Below, piece by piece: positions 28,865-38,588 of a stretch of 64,000 nucleotides of DNA. Position numbers and translations under genes: made by a program. Positions within the stretch are counted from its first letter, which is position 1, and each line of letters opens with the position of its first letter. The notes under the pieces are model-generated. The model saw nothing but the letters and a program-made list of their open reading frames with translations, had not been told where the DNA came from and made no database searches. The stretch is from Nitrospirota bacterium (GTDB taxonomy: Bacteria; Nitrospirota; UBA9217), in assembly GCA_963790205.1 (NCBI GenBank), contig CAWBNQ010000005.1, forward strand, positions 1 to 64,000, read 5' to 3'.

Positions 28865-28909
28865 CAATATTAGGAAGTGGGTCAGTTTCTGACCCACTTC
28901 CTAATATTG
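28865..28909. repeat. Perfect 21-bp inverted repeat
   Basis: CAATATTAGGAAGTGGGTCAG-TTT-CTGACCCACTTCCTAATATTG. Confidence 0.9.
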
Positions 28910-28919
28910 GTAGATAATC

Positions 28920-29648
28920 GTGACCATGAACTCAAACAATACAATAATACGTCTTTGCCTCGTGCTACTCATGTCTGCCGGGTGTGTGGCAAGACGGGTG
29001 AACCTGACGGAAAATAGCACACGCGGCGCACGGACGGAGTTCGTCGCATCGATCGGCAATGACGATAAGGGCCTGCCTGTTCCCGGACCGACCCTTGCGC
29101 GGAGGCCTTCCAAACCGGGTGATCATTTTACAATTCTGCGCCTGACTGACGGTCGGCCAGAACTCAGCTGCGATGTCGCTATCATCGGCCGGGATCCGGA
29201 CTTCCAAAAACCGATCAAAGCTGTTTACAAGTGGACGGGAAAAGGATTCCGGCTGGGGGTTAGCATCTCGGCGTTTCTGTTCGATGCTGTTCTTCAAGGA
29301 GGAGGAGAAGGAGGAAACCCGAATCCTAAGGGGATCGTTACAGCCGTCGTTGTTATGTTGTTGCCGATTCCGGCAGGCACTGCGGGCGGTCTCGTCGTCG
29401 GCGTTGCAGATGGATTAGAAAAGACGTTCGAGGAGGTCGGCAAGTCCATGACAAAGGATGAGAAGGCACTCACCTGCACGACCTACGAATACGACGATCG
29501 CAAACGTCTACTGTTTATGCACATGTACCTGCCCGACTACACGCGGGAGCTTGTCCGGACCCGGTTCGAGTATGAAGGAAATAATACCGTACCGGCGAAG
29601 GCCGTCGTACGAAATAGGGGGGATGGGCAGGAGCGCGAGATCCGGTAA
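28920..29648 (+). CDS. Hypothetical lipoprotein
   Basis: Signal peptide with lipobox-like SAGC; internal hydrophobic hairpin. Confidence 0.55.
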   Translation: MTMNSNNTIIRLCLVLLMSAGCVARRVNLTENSTRGARTEFVASIGNDDKGLPVPGPTLARRPSKPGDHFTILRLTDGRPELSCDVAIIGRDPDFQKPIKAVYKWTGKGFRLGVSISAFLFDAVLQGGGEGGNPNPKGIVTAVVVMLLPIPAGTAGGLVVGVADGLEKTFEEVGKSMTKDEKALTCTTYEYDDRKRLLFMHMYLPDYTRELVRTRFEYEGNNTVPAKAVVRNRGDGQEREIR

Positions 29649-29898
29649 GCGGCTGAACATCCTAGAGTCAGGAACAATTTAAGCCCCTTGCTCGTGTAGG
29701 CACTCACTATCAAAACTATCAATGTCAGTGAGTGATGCTCTAATGTATTAACTACTCGCTTCGTGAGGGTCGCTGAGAAACGCGCCCCTCACGGCGGCGT
29801 TCATGTGCAAGATACCATCCGTATTCGATGATAGTTTCACGCTATCGAAATTACAAAGTAGGTGAAGTCAATAACGTTGAGGTAAATAAATCATTCCC

Positions 29899-30285
29899 AT
29901 GGACCGTTCCTCTTTTGAAAAACTGGTACAGCAATCCCTCCGCCGCCTGCCGCGGAGGTTCAAGAAGAAACTCGAGAACATATCCGTTGAGGTGGAGGAC
30001 CGTCCTTCCGCGGAGCTGCTGCGCGATATGGGGATAACGTCCGGCACGCTCTTCGGCCTGTACCAGGGGGTGCCGCTCACCCGGCGGGAGTGGAATTACG
30101 CCAACATGCTGCCGGACCGGATCGTCATCTACCAGCGGCCGATCGAAAGCGCTGCCTCGTCGCCCGGGGAGCTCGAGGAGATCGTCCTGGATACGGTGAT
30201 GCACGAGGTCGGCCACTATTTCGGGTTTTCCGATAACGAGCTATACGAGATGATGGCTGAGGTAAAAAAGAAAAAAGACTCGTAA
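29899..30285 (+). CDS. Minimal zincin metallopeptidase
   Basis: LFGLYQGVPL, PDRIVIYQRP, HEVGHYFG. Confidence 0.9.
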   Translation: MDRSSFEKLVQQSLRRLPRRFKKKLENISVEVEDRPSAELLRDMGITSGTLFGLYQGVPLTRREWNYANMLPDRIVIYQRPIESAASSPGELEEIVLDTVMHEVGHYFGFSDNELYEMMAEVKKKKDS

Positions 30286-30367
30286 GTGAAGGGGAAGATC
30301 AACGCTCTTATTCCATTCCCATGCAACGGTGTTTTTAGTTGACTGGAGCCTATTTCCCGGTATAATC

Positions 30368-31783
30368 ATGACCATGCGCGAGCTCACGAGAGGGGAGGAA
30401 TTCTATGACGGGACAGCGCTGCTCGGCGACCCGGTCCATGGCTACATCTCGTTCACCACTCCCCGCGCATTGGGAGAGAAAACAGAAAAGGACCTGATCG
30501 ACACCTCCTGGATGCAGCGGCTGAGACAGATCTACCAGCTCCAGAGCGCGCGCTGGGTCTATCCCTCGGCGGAGCACAGCAGGTTCCAGCACTCCCTCGG
30601 CGCCATGCATTTGGCCGGGAGGTTCGCCCGCCATCTCTATCCATCCCTGAAAGCGGCCGTGCCGGACTGCCCCTCGGAACACTGTGTCGAGGAACTGCTC
30701 CGCGTCGCCGCGCTGCTCCACGACATCGGACACGGCCCCTTCGGCCACTTCTTCGACGACAACTACCTTGAACAGTTCGGGCTCACGCATGAAAAACTCG
30801 GACAGCACATCATCAAGACCGAACTGTCGGAGATCATCAAGGCCGTACGCCGGAGCCCCTCGGGAGAGTTTGCCAAGGGGGAACGGCTGAACCCCGATCA
30901 GGTCGCATTCCTCATCGGCAAGGGGCCCGCGGCCCCGGTCAAACAGCCCCGGTGGCTTCAGTTCCTCCAGCCCCTTCTTTCCGGCATTTATACGGTCGAC
31001 AACCTCGACTATGTGCTGCGCGACTCCTACATGTGCGGCGTGGCCATCGGCGCGGTGGACATCGACCGGCTCATGTATTACACCTTTTTTACGGACAAGG
31101 GCCTGACCCTCCACAAGTCCGGGCTCACGGCGCTCAACATGTTCCTGAACGCCCGGCTGTACCTGTACACGAATGTTTATTATCACCGCACCACGCGCGC
31201 CATCGACGAGCACCTGAAGGAGCTCTTCAAGGACACCATGGCCGCGCTCTTCCCCTACAATCCCGTTGAAAATCTCTCCGAGTACCGCGAGCTCACCGAT
31301 TGGTCGCTCCTCGAAACGGTCCGAAAATGGGGAACAACGGACGATGGGTCATTGGCCAAGCTCGGCCGCGAATGGTCGGCGGTCCTCTCCCGCGAGGTGA
31401 AGTGGAAGATGGCCTATGACGTCACGCTCTCCATGCGCGCCTTCGAGAAGGGGAAGACGATCATCGACGCCGGGGAGCTCGTCAAGCGGATCAGAAAGAA
31501 CCTGCCCCAGAAAATAAAGGACCTGCAGTTCCGCGTGGACATGGCTAGCCAGGACCCGCGGCCGATCAACCCGCTCATGATGGGCGGACGCCAGATCTAC
31601 GTGTTCAACCCCTCGACCCGCAAGGTCGAGAAGGAGCCGCTCAAGGATTTTTTCGACTACATCCCCGCGCGCGTGGTCCAGTGCCGCGTGTTCGCGCTGA
31701 ACCACGACCACGATCCTGTTCTTGCCGATATCGTGGAAAAGGTGCTCGGTATCCAGGAAGACAGCATCAAAACGAATGTTTGA
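30368..31783 (+). CDS. HD-domain phosphohydrolase (SAMHD1/dNTPase-like)
   Basis: DPVHG, QRLRQI, HSRFQHSLG, LLHDIGHGPF, DYVLRD. Confidence 0.9.
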   Translation: MTMRELTRGEEFYDGTALLGDPVHGYISFTTPRALGEKTEKDLIDTSWMQRLRQIYQLQSARWVYPSAEHSRFQHSLGAMHLAGRFARHLYPSLKAAVPDCPSEHCVEELLRVAALLHDIGHGPFGHFFDDNYLEQFGLTHEKLGQHIIKTELSEIIKAVRRSPSGEFAKGERLNPDQVAFLIGKGPAAPVKQPRWLQFLQPLLSGIYTVDNLDYVLRDSYMCGVAIGAVDIDRLMYYTFFTDKGLTLHKSGLTALNMFLNARLYLYTNVYYHRTTRAIDEHLKELFKDTMAALFPYNPVENLSEYRELTDWSLLETVRKWGTTDDGSLAKLGREWSAVLSREVKWKMAYDVTLSMRAFEKGKTIIDAGELVKRIRKNLPQKIKDLQFRVDMASQDPRPINPLMMGGRQIYVFNPSTRKVEKEPLKDFFDYIPARVVQCRVFALNHDHDPVLADIVEKVLGIQEDSIKTNV

Positions 31784-31869
31784 GCGCGTTTTTCGTATCT
31801 TTTTTCACTTTTCACCGGTTCTATTTTAGAGTATAGTACTAAGGGGTATGGTGCAAAAGAGGAATTGGG

Positions 31870-33384
31870 ATGCCAGCCGCAACTAAAATAGAACGCAAAA
31901 TCGTTACGTTGTCGTTGTTAGCCGCGCTGTCCCTTTGGGGCATAGATGCGGCGGTGGACGCTTTTATCTTCAAGCAGGGCAGGTTCCTCGACAAACTATT
32001 CTTCGAAGTCTCTCCTCACGAGATATACTCCCGCGGACTTTTTATCGTCAGCTTCGTCCTGTTCGGCCTGATAATCTCCCGCGTGGTGACGAAACACAAC
32101 CAGGTCGCGGAAAAGCTTAAAAAGCATTCGGCTGCCATTGAATCCTCGATGGACGGCATCGCCATTTATGATCCTGACGGGGAGTACCTCTATGTGAACC
32201 AGGCCTATGCCGCAACCAACGGCTACGAGAACCCGAAGGAAATTATCGGTAAGAACTGCAAGGCTGCATACGATGAAAAGGAATATCAGCGGATAGAACA
32301 GTCGATCATGCCCGTGCTTCAAAAGGGCAGACGATGGCGGGGGGAATTGATCGCGCGGAGAAAGAATGGAAGCACCTATTTCCAGGAGGCTTCGATCACG
32401 CTGCTTGAAGACGGAGGGCGCGTATGCATCGTCCGCGACATAACCTGGCGCAAGCGCAGCGAGGAGCGGCTGCACCGGTCGGAGCGCTTTCTCAATACCA
32501 TCTTCAACAGCATCCGCGATCCCTTCTGCATCTTCGACAGCGATTTCAGGATCATCCGGGTCAATGAAGCCTACGCTCATATGAAGAACAGGCCGGCTGG
32601 TGAATTGATCGGCATGAAATGCCATGAGGTCCTGGCGGAACGGGACAGCATGTGCGACGGCTGCGTCGTGGGCAAGACGCTCGACTCGGCCGATCCCTGC
32701 GCCAAGGACAAGCTCGTCACCCTGCGGGACGGGACGGAAATCTGGATGGAAATATATACCTATCCCATCCTCGATGAGGACGGCAAGGTCTCGCACGTGA
32801 TCGAATATACACGCGACATCACGGAACGCAAGAAGACCGAGGACGAGAAACGGCGCCTGATCGACAAACTGGAACACCTTTCGAAGACCGACGGTCTGAC
32901 CGGCATGATCAACAGAAGAGCGCTTACCGACAGCCTGGCCTACGAGGTCGACCGTGCCAGGCGCTATCACTCGGAGCTGGCCATCATCCTGTGCGATATC
33001 GATAATTTCAAGGAAATAAACGATACCTACGGCCACGACACGGGAGACCGGGCGCTGCAGACGCTTTCCTCCACGTTGAAGACCATTCTCCGGAACAGTG
33101 ACATTGCCGGCAGGTACGGCGGGGACGAATTCATGCTTATCCTGCCTGAAACCACGGTCAGGGGCGCCGAAAGCCTTGCGGAAAAGCTTCTTTTCGCTGT
33201 TCGAGAGACCGAACTGCGCCTTCCGGACGACAGGCGTATCCGTCTTTCAATGAGCATCGGCATAGCCGGCCTTGAGACGGACCATATGGACGAGAACATC
33301 GACTTCTTCGTCAAACGCGCGGATGACGCAATGTATGTTTCAAAACAAGGCGGCAAGGACCGCGTTTCCATCGTCAACGTATGA
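31870..33384 (+). CDS. PAS-PAS-GGDEF diguanylate cyclase
   Basis: Two PAS domains; GRYGGDEF. Confidence 0.9.
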   Translation: MPAATKIERKIVTLSLLAALSLWGIDAAVDAFIFKQGRFLDKLFFEVSPHEIYSRGLFIVSFVLFGLIISRVVTKHNQVAEKLKKHSAAIESSMDGIAIYDPDGEYLYVNQAYAATNGYENPKEIIGKNCKAAYDEKEYQRIEQSIMPVLQKGRRWRGELIARRKNGSTYFQEASITLLEDGGRVCIVRDITWRKRSEERLHRSERFLNTIFNSIRDPFCIFDSDFRIIRVNEAYAHMKNRPAGELIGMKCHEVLAERDSMCDGCVVGKTLDSADPCAKDKLVTLRDGTEIWMEIYTYPILDEDGKVSHVIEYTRDITERKKTEDEKRRLIDKLEHLSKTDGLTGMINRRALTDSLAYEVDRARRYHSELAIILCDIDNFKEINDTYGHDTGDRALQTLSSTLKTILRNSDIAGRYGGDEFMLILPETTVRGAESLAEKLLFAVRETELRLPDDRRIRLSMSIGIAGLETDHMDENIDFFVKRADDAMYVSKQGGKDRVSIVNV

Positions 33385-33480
33385 ACCACGCGCCGGGTTT
33401 CTGAGAACGTTCCTTCCCCCCCTGCCGGCAACAACCTTCTCCGCTCAGTGTCGTGCGTCATCAATCTCTTTATACCGGTG

Positions 33481-33610
33481 GTCATTTTGAGCGCGGCGAA
33501 GAACCCCGCATTTTCAGACCATTGCAAGACCCTTCACGGAGCCCGTCCTGAGCAAGATTCTTCACTTCGCTACGCTCCGTTCAGAATGACTGCGAAGGGT
33601 TCAGGCTGAC
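33481..33610. repeat. REP-like palindromic element between convergent genes
   Basis: GTCATTTTGAGCG...GATTCTTCACTTCGCTACGCTCCGTTCAGAATGAC. Confidence 0.55.
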
Positions 33611-33642
33611 TGATTAAGCAAAGAAGCGTTGGACGCGCCACC

Positions 33643-35472
33643 CTAGCGTCCGGCGATCTCTTTGACCTTTTTCACGATCGCGTTTTTTGAGAGCTCTTCG
33701 AACTCCATGAGTTCCTCGGGTTTGCCGCTCTTCGGCATTTTTCGGACCGCGAGGGAATAGACGGGCGCCGGATGCTCCGCGATCGCGCTTTTGACCGCAT
33801 CTCCGATCCCGCCTTCGGCAAAATGGTCCTCAACCGTTATTATCGCGCCGGTCTCGCTTGCCGCCTGTCTGAGCGTTGACGCGTCGACGGGCTTGACGCT
33901 GTAGAGATCGATCACCCGGACCATGATTCCGGAAGCCTTCAATTCCTCATAGGCCTTGAGCGCCTCGTGGACCGTGATGCCCGCGGCCACGATGGTCGCG
34001 GCGTCCTTCCTGCTCGATTTGAGCGTTTTGCTCCCGCCGATGCGGAACACCTCGTCGTTGCGGTACAGGATCGGCAGGTCCTTTCGCGTCGTGCGCAGGT
34101 ACGCGATGCCCTTGTGTTCCGCCATTGCCTCGACGAGCTTTTCCGTTGACACGGCGTCCGACGGGTAGAGCACAACGCTGTCCAAAAGGGTCCTGAACAT
34201 GGCCAGGTCCTCGAGCCCCATCTGCGACGACCCGTCTTCGCCGATGGACACGCCGGCATGGGACCCGCAGAATTTTATGTTGGCGCGGGAATACTGGCAC
34301 ATCCGTATCTGGTCAAAGGCCCGGGTCAGGAAAGCGGCAAAGGTCGATACAAAGGGGACCTTACCCCGGAGCGAGAGGCCGAGGGCGGTGCCGACCATAT
34401 TTTGTTCGGCAATGAACATTTCGAAGAATTGTTCGGGGTGCACTTCCTTGAACAGTTCAGAAAAGGTGGAGTTGCTCACCTCCGCGTCGAGCACCACCAT
34501 GTGCGGGAACCGGGGCGAGATGCGCACCAGCGCGCTCCCGTACGCATGCCTCGTGGACACCGGTCTATCACCCGTATAGGCCGGGGGACGGACCATTTGC
34601 TCCGCCCGCACTGCCGGCCGGCGCCGTTCCGGTTTGGCTATCTGTCCCCTGATCGTTTTGTCGACCGGTCCCAGCTCCTCGAGCGCGCGGGCAAGCTCAT
34701 CTTTTTTGAGCGGTTTGCCGTGCCATCCGTTCTTGTCCTCGATGAACGACACGCCTTTGCCTTTGATGGTCCTGGCGATGATCATGACGGGCTTGTTCCG
34801 GGCCTCCAGCGCCTGCTTATACGCGGTAAGGATCTGGGGAAGATGATGGCCGTCGATGACGATCGGTTCCCAGCCGAAGGCCGATACCCGGTCCTTATAC
34901 ACCGTAAGGTCATGACCGTACATGGTCTCGCCGCGCTGTCCTAAACGGTTCACATCCATGATGCCGATGAGGTTGTCGAGCTTGTAATAGGCGGCAAGCT
35001 CCATGGCCTCCCACTGCGATCCTTCGGCCATTTCGCTGTCTCCCAGAAGCACGTAGGTACGATAGGGGAGCTTGTCGAGATATTTTGCGTTCAATGCCAT
35101 GCCCGCGCCGATCGAAAGCCCCTGCCCCAGGGAACCGGTGGCGGCTTCGGTGTATTGGAAGGCGGGCGTCGGATGTCCTTCGAGAGGACTGCCAAACTTT
35201 CTGAAGCTCAGGAGTTCCTTTTCCGTGACTTTCCCGGCAGCAGCCCATATCGAGTAGAAGAGCGGCGACGCATGGCCCTTGGAGAAGATCAACCGGTCGT
35301 TGTTCGGCTGACGGGGGTCGTCGAGATCGTATTTGAACGTTCCCCCGAACAGGAGGCCCGTCATCAGGTCCGCGGCCGACAGCGACGACGTCGGGTGCCC
35401 CGAGCCCGCCTCAGTGGACATGACAAGGCTGTAGTAACGGATGAGCTTGGCGATGCTTTCAAGGTCGTTCAT
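33643..35472 (-). CDS. tkt: Transketolase
   Basis: SGHPTSS, SKGHA, ATGSLGQG, GDSEMAEG, IAEQNM. Confidence 0.95.
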   Translation of the reverse strand: MNDLESIAKLIRYYSLVMSTEAGSGHPTSSLSAADLMTGLLFGGTFKYDLDDPRQPNNDRLIFSKGHASPLFYSIWAAAGKVTEKELLSFRKFGSPLEGHPTPAFQYTEAATGSLGQGLSIGAGMALNAKYLDKLPYRTYVLLGDSEMAEGSQWEAMELAAYYKLDNLIGIMDVNRLGQRGETMYGHDLTVYKDRVSAFGWEPIVIDGHHLPQILTAYKQALEARNKPVMIIARTIKGKGVSFIEDKNGWHGKPLKKDELARALEELGPVDKTIRGQIAKPERRRPAVRAEQMVRPPAYTGDRPVSTRHAYGSALVRISPRFPHMVVLDAEVSNSTFSELFKEVHPEQFFEMFIAEQNMVGTALGLSLRGKVPFVSTFAAFLTRAFDQIRMCQYSRANIKFCGSHAGVSIGEDGSSQMGLEDLAMFRTLLDSVVLYPSDAVSTEKLVEAMAEHKGIAYLRTTRKDLPILYRNDEVFRIGGSKTLKSSRKDAATIVAAGITVHEALKAYEELKASGIMVRVIDLYSVKPVDASTLRQAASETGAIITVEDHFAEGGIGDAVKSAIAEHPAPVYSLAVRKMPKSGKPEELMEFEELSKNAIVKKVKEIAGR

Positions 35473-35569
35473 AAGAACCTCCGAAATTCAATGCAGGTTA
35501 AGACTGAGGCTGAGGTCGAGAAGACTTAACCTGAATCTGAGCCTCAACCTCAACCTTTTTCTCTATCGT

Positions 35570-37003
35570 TTATATCAGACTCTGTATCGTCTTCTTGATA
35601 ATATCAATAAGCGGCCCGGGATATACCCCGAGCCAGACCAGCGAGATCGTGAGCCCCGCGAGCACTGCTTTGCCCGAGAGAGACAGCGCCGGACTTGCCG
35701 CGGTTTCCTCCTCCGGATGCGCATACACGGCTCCAACGATCCTCAGATAGTAAAACAGCCCGATGGCGCTGTTTATGACGAGGGCCATCACGAGAAGCCA
35801 GAGCGCAGACCCCATACCCGCGGCAACCACATAAAATTTCCCGATGAACCCGGCGGTAAGCGGGATGCCGGCCAGGGAAAGCAGCATGGCGGTAAAGACC
35901 CCGGCAAGCCACGGCCTGCGCCATGCAAGACCCGTGTAATCATCCATGCTGTCCGCGTCCCGGTCCTTATCCGAGAGCACGGTCACGACGCCGAAAGCGC
36001 CGAGGGTGGTCACGAAGTAAGCGGCGAGGTAGAAGGCCGCTGCGCTCACTGCCAGCGGTCCGCTTGCAAGCAGGGTCACCAGAAGATAACCGAGGTGGGA
36101 TATGGACGAGTACGCCAGGATGCGCTTTACGTTCCGCTGGAGCAGGGCGAGCAGATTGCCGGCGAACATGGAAGCGATAGCGGTGATCGTAAGGATCACG
36201 AACAGGGATTGATGGGCGTGGAGATCGACGCGGGAGAAGTAACGCAGCACGAGGGCGAACACCGCTCCCTTGGACACGGTGGCGATAAAGGCCGTGACCG
36301 GCGCGGGCGCGCCCTCATATACGTCGGGCGTCCACATGTGGAAGGGGACCACGCCGAGCTTGAAGCCGAGGCCGATGACGATCATCCCGAGGCCCGCCGT
36401 GAACGGAAGACCGTGCACGCCCGAGGCCGTTGCGCGCAGGGCGATCTGCGCGAATTCCATGCTTCCGGTCTCGGCGTAGACGAGCGCCATCCCGAACAGA
36501 ATGAAGGCGGAAGAAACAGCCGCCAGGATCAGGTACTTGACGCCCGCTTCGATGCTGCGGTCGCTGTGCCTGAGATAGGCGGCCAGCGCATAGAGCGAGA
36601 CGCTCAAGACCTCGATGCCGAGGAAGAGGGAGGCGAAGTGGTCGCTCGCAACGAGCACAGCCGTGCCGAGCGTAGCGAAGAGAAGGAGAAGGTAGAACTC
36701 TTCATGGCGGCCGATATGAATGTCCAGATACGAGTAGGCGAGGGAAGCTACAACAAAGGACGCGAAAAAGATCAAACCCATGTAATAGAGCGCGTAGTGG
36801 TCGATGATGAGAAGCCGGGTAACATTTCGCGGCGCCGCCGCGGAGATGAAGGGGAGGGAAGCCGCGGCCAAAAAAAGCCCCGCGAGCGTAAGGATGGCCG
36901 TGAGCCTGTGGTCCCGGTAAAAAGCGATCACCAGCATGATCACGATCGACGTGGCGGCAATGATGATGAGGGGAAGGAGGGCTGTCATATCCGCGGCGTT
37001 CAT
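35570..37003 (-). CDS. nuoN: NADH-quinone oxidoreductase subunit N
   Basis: EAGVKY, PFHMWTPDVYEGAP; operon order. Confidence 0.95.
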   Translation of the reverse strand: MNAADMTALLPLIIIAATSIVIMLVIAFYRDHRLTAILTLAGLFLAAASLPFISAAAPRNVTRLLIIDHYALYYMGLIFFASFVVASLAYSYLDIHIGRHEEFYLLLLFATLGTAVLVASDHFASLFLGIEVLSVSLYALAAYLRHSDRSIEAGVKYLILAAVSSAFILFGMALVYAETGSMEFAQIALRATASGVHGLPFTAGLGMIVIGLGFKLGVVPFHMWTPDVYEGAPAPVTAFIATVSKGAVFALVLRYFSRVDLHAHQSLFVILTITAIASMFAGNLLALLQRNVKRILAYSSISHLGYLLVTLLASGPLAVSAAAFYLAAYFVTTLGAFGVVTVLSDKDRDADSMDDYTGLAWRRPWLAGVFTAMLLSLAGIPLTAGFIGKFYVVAAGMGSALWLLVMALVINSAIGLFYYLRIVGAVYAHPEEETAASPALSLSGKAVLAGLTISLVWLGVYPGPLIDIIKKTIQSLI

Positions 37004-38550
37004 TTTGCCCCTCCCTGCAGCCCCGCGCGCAGCAATGGCCCGCCCGCGGCCCCCGGCGGCGCGTTGTCATGCGATGAAAGCGCACGGTTCTGCAGCGCGC
37101 TCAGGACAGGACCGGTCGTGTTCAGTATCGGCCGCGGGTAGAGACCCAGCCAGAAAATAGCAATGATCAAGGCCGTCATGATCCCTGTCTCAAGTTTCGA
37201 GAGATCGGGTATTTTCCATATCCCGCGAGGCTCTCCGTGGAAAACGCGCTGGACCATCCAGAGAGAATAGATGGCGGCGAATACGAGCCCGGCTGCCGCG
37301 AATGCGGTCACGAACAGGTTCACCCGGTATGCGCCGAGGAGGACCATGAACTCAGCCACGAAGTTCCCGAAGCCCGGCAGCCCGAGGGAGGCCAGGGCGA
37401 AGACCAGGGCCATGCCGCTCAGGCGGGGTACTGTGGACCAGAAGCCGCCCATGCGGTCCATGTCGCGGGTATGGATCCGCTCCTGGACCATGCCGGCGAT
37501 GACGAACAAGGCGCCGGTGCTCACGCCATGGGCGAGCATTTGCATGATCGCGCCCTGCATGGCCGTCATGTTCCAGGCGAAGATGCCGAGGAGCACGAAG
37601 CCCATGTGGCTGACGCTGGTATACGCCACGAGCCGTTTGAGATCGGTCTGGGCAAAGGCGAGCACGGCGCCGTAGATAATGCCGATAACGGCCATGATCA
37701 TGACCGCCGGAGCAATGGCCATGGCCGCTTCGGGGAAAAGGGGCAGCACGAACCGCAGAAGACCGTAAGCCCCGGTCTTGAGGAGCAGCCCCGCGAGGAT
37801 GACGCTCCCGGCCGTCGGCGCCTCGGTATGCGCGTCGGGCAGCCAGGGGTGGAAGGGGACCATCGGGAGCTTCACGGCAAAGGAAATAAAGAACCCCAGC
37901 ATGAGCCAGAAGGCCGCCTTCGGCGTCAGGGAGGTCCCGAGGAGCAGGGAATAGTCAAAAGTGTATACGCCCGTGGACCTGCCGTGTATGAAATAGAGGC
38001 CGAGGATCGAGAGCAGCATGAGCAGGCCGCCGGCCTGGGTAAACAGGAAGAACTTGAGCGAGGCGTAGGCCCGGTTCTCATGCCCCCAGATACTGATGAG
38101 GAAATACATGGGCACGAGCATCAGTTCCCAGAAGAAGTAGAAGAGGAACAGGTCGAGCGACAGGAACACGCCGAGGATGCCGGCAAGGATCGCCATCAGG
38201 TTCAGGTGGAAGAAACCGGTCTTTTCACGGACCTCGGTCCAGGAACAGGCCACGGAGACGATGCCCAGGAAGAGGGTGAGCGCAACAAGCACAAGGCTCA
38301 GCCCGTCCATGGCCAGATGAATACTGATGCCGAGCTGGGGGACCCAGGGCCTGTTCAGTTCGAGCAGCCAGGTCCCGCGTCCGAGCGCGGTTTGTGCTGA
38401 AGATTCCGACCAGAACGATATCAGCAGGACGAGATCGAGCACGAGAGCCGCGAGCGAGATGAATCGCGGCGCTAAATCGCTCTTCCTGCCAAATAGCCAG
38501 GCAGCCAGTCCGCCGATGAGCGGTATGATGATCAACAATGCAAGAATCAT
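37000..38550 (-). CDS. nuoM: NADH-quinone oxidoreductase subunit M
   Basis: FFWELMLVPMY, PWLPDAHTEAP. Confidence 0.95.
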   Translation of the reverse strand: MILALLIIIPLIGGLAAWLFGRKSDLAPRFISLAALVLDLVLLISFWSESSAQTALGRGTWLLELNRPWVPQLGISIHLAMDGLSLVLVALTLFLGIVSVACSWTEVREKTGFFHLNLMAILAGILGVFLSLDLFLFYFFWELMLVPMYFLISIWGHENRAYASLKFFLFTQAGGLLMLLSILGLYFIHGRSTGVYTFDYSLLLGTSLTPKAAFWLMLGFFISFAVKLPMVPFHPWLPDAHTEAPTAGSVILAGLLLKTGAYGLLRFVLPLFPEAAMAIAPAVMIMAVIGIIYGAVLAFAQTDLKRLVAYTSVSHMGFVLLGIFAWNMTAMQGAIMQMLAHGVSTGALFVIAGMVQERIHTRDMDRMGGFWSTVPRLSGMALVFALASLGLPGFGNFVAEFMVLLGAYRVNLFVTAFAAAGLVFAAIYSLWMVQRVFHGEPRGIWKIPDLSKLETGIMTALIIAIFWLGLYPRPILNTTGPVLSALQNRALSSHDNAPPGAAGGPLLRAGLQGGAK

Positions 38551-38588
38551 ATTATGTAATTCCTCCCACGAGGGGAGGGGTTAAACTT

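Noticed and set aside
35441..37141. Long antisense ORFs (also 9845-11140, 17495-18712, 53600-55105)
   Set aside because: Shadow frames of clearly identified genes on the opposite strand.
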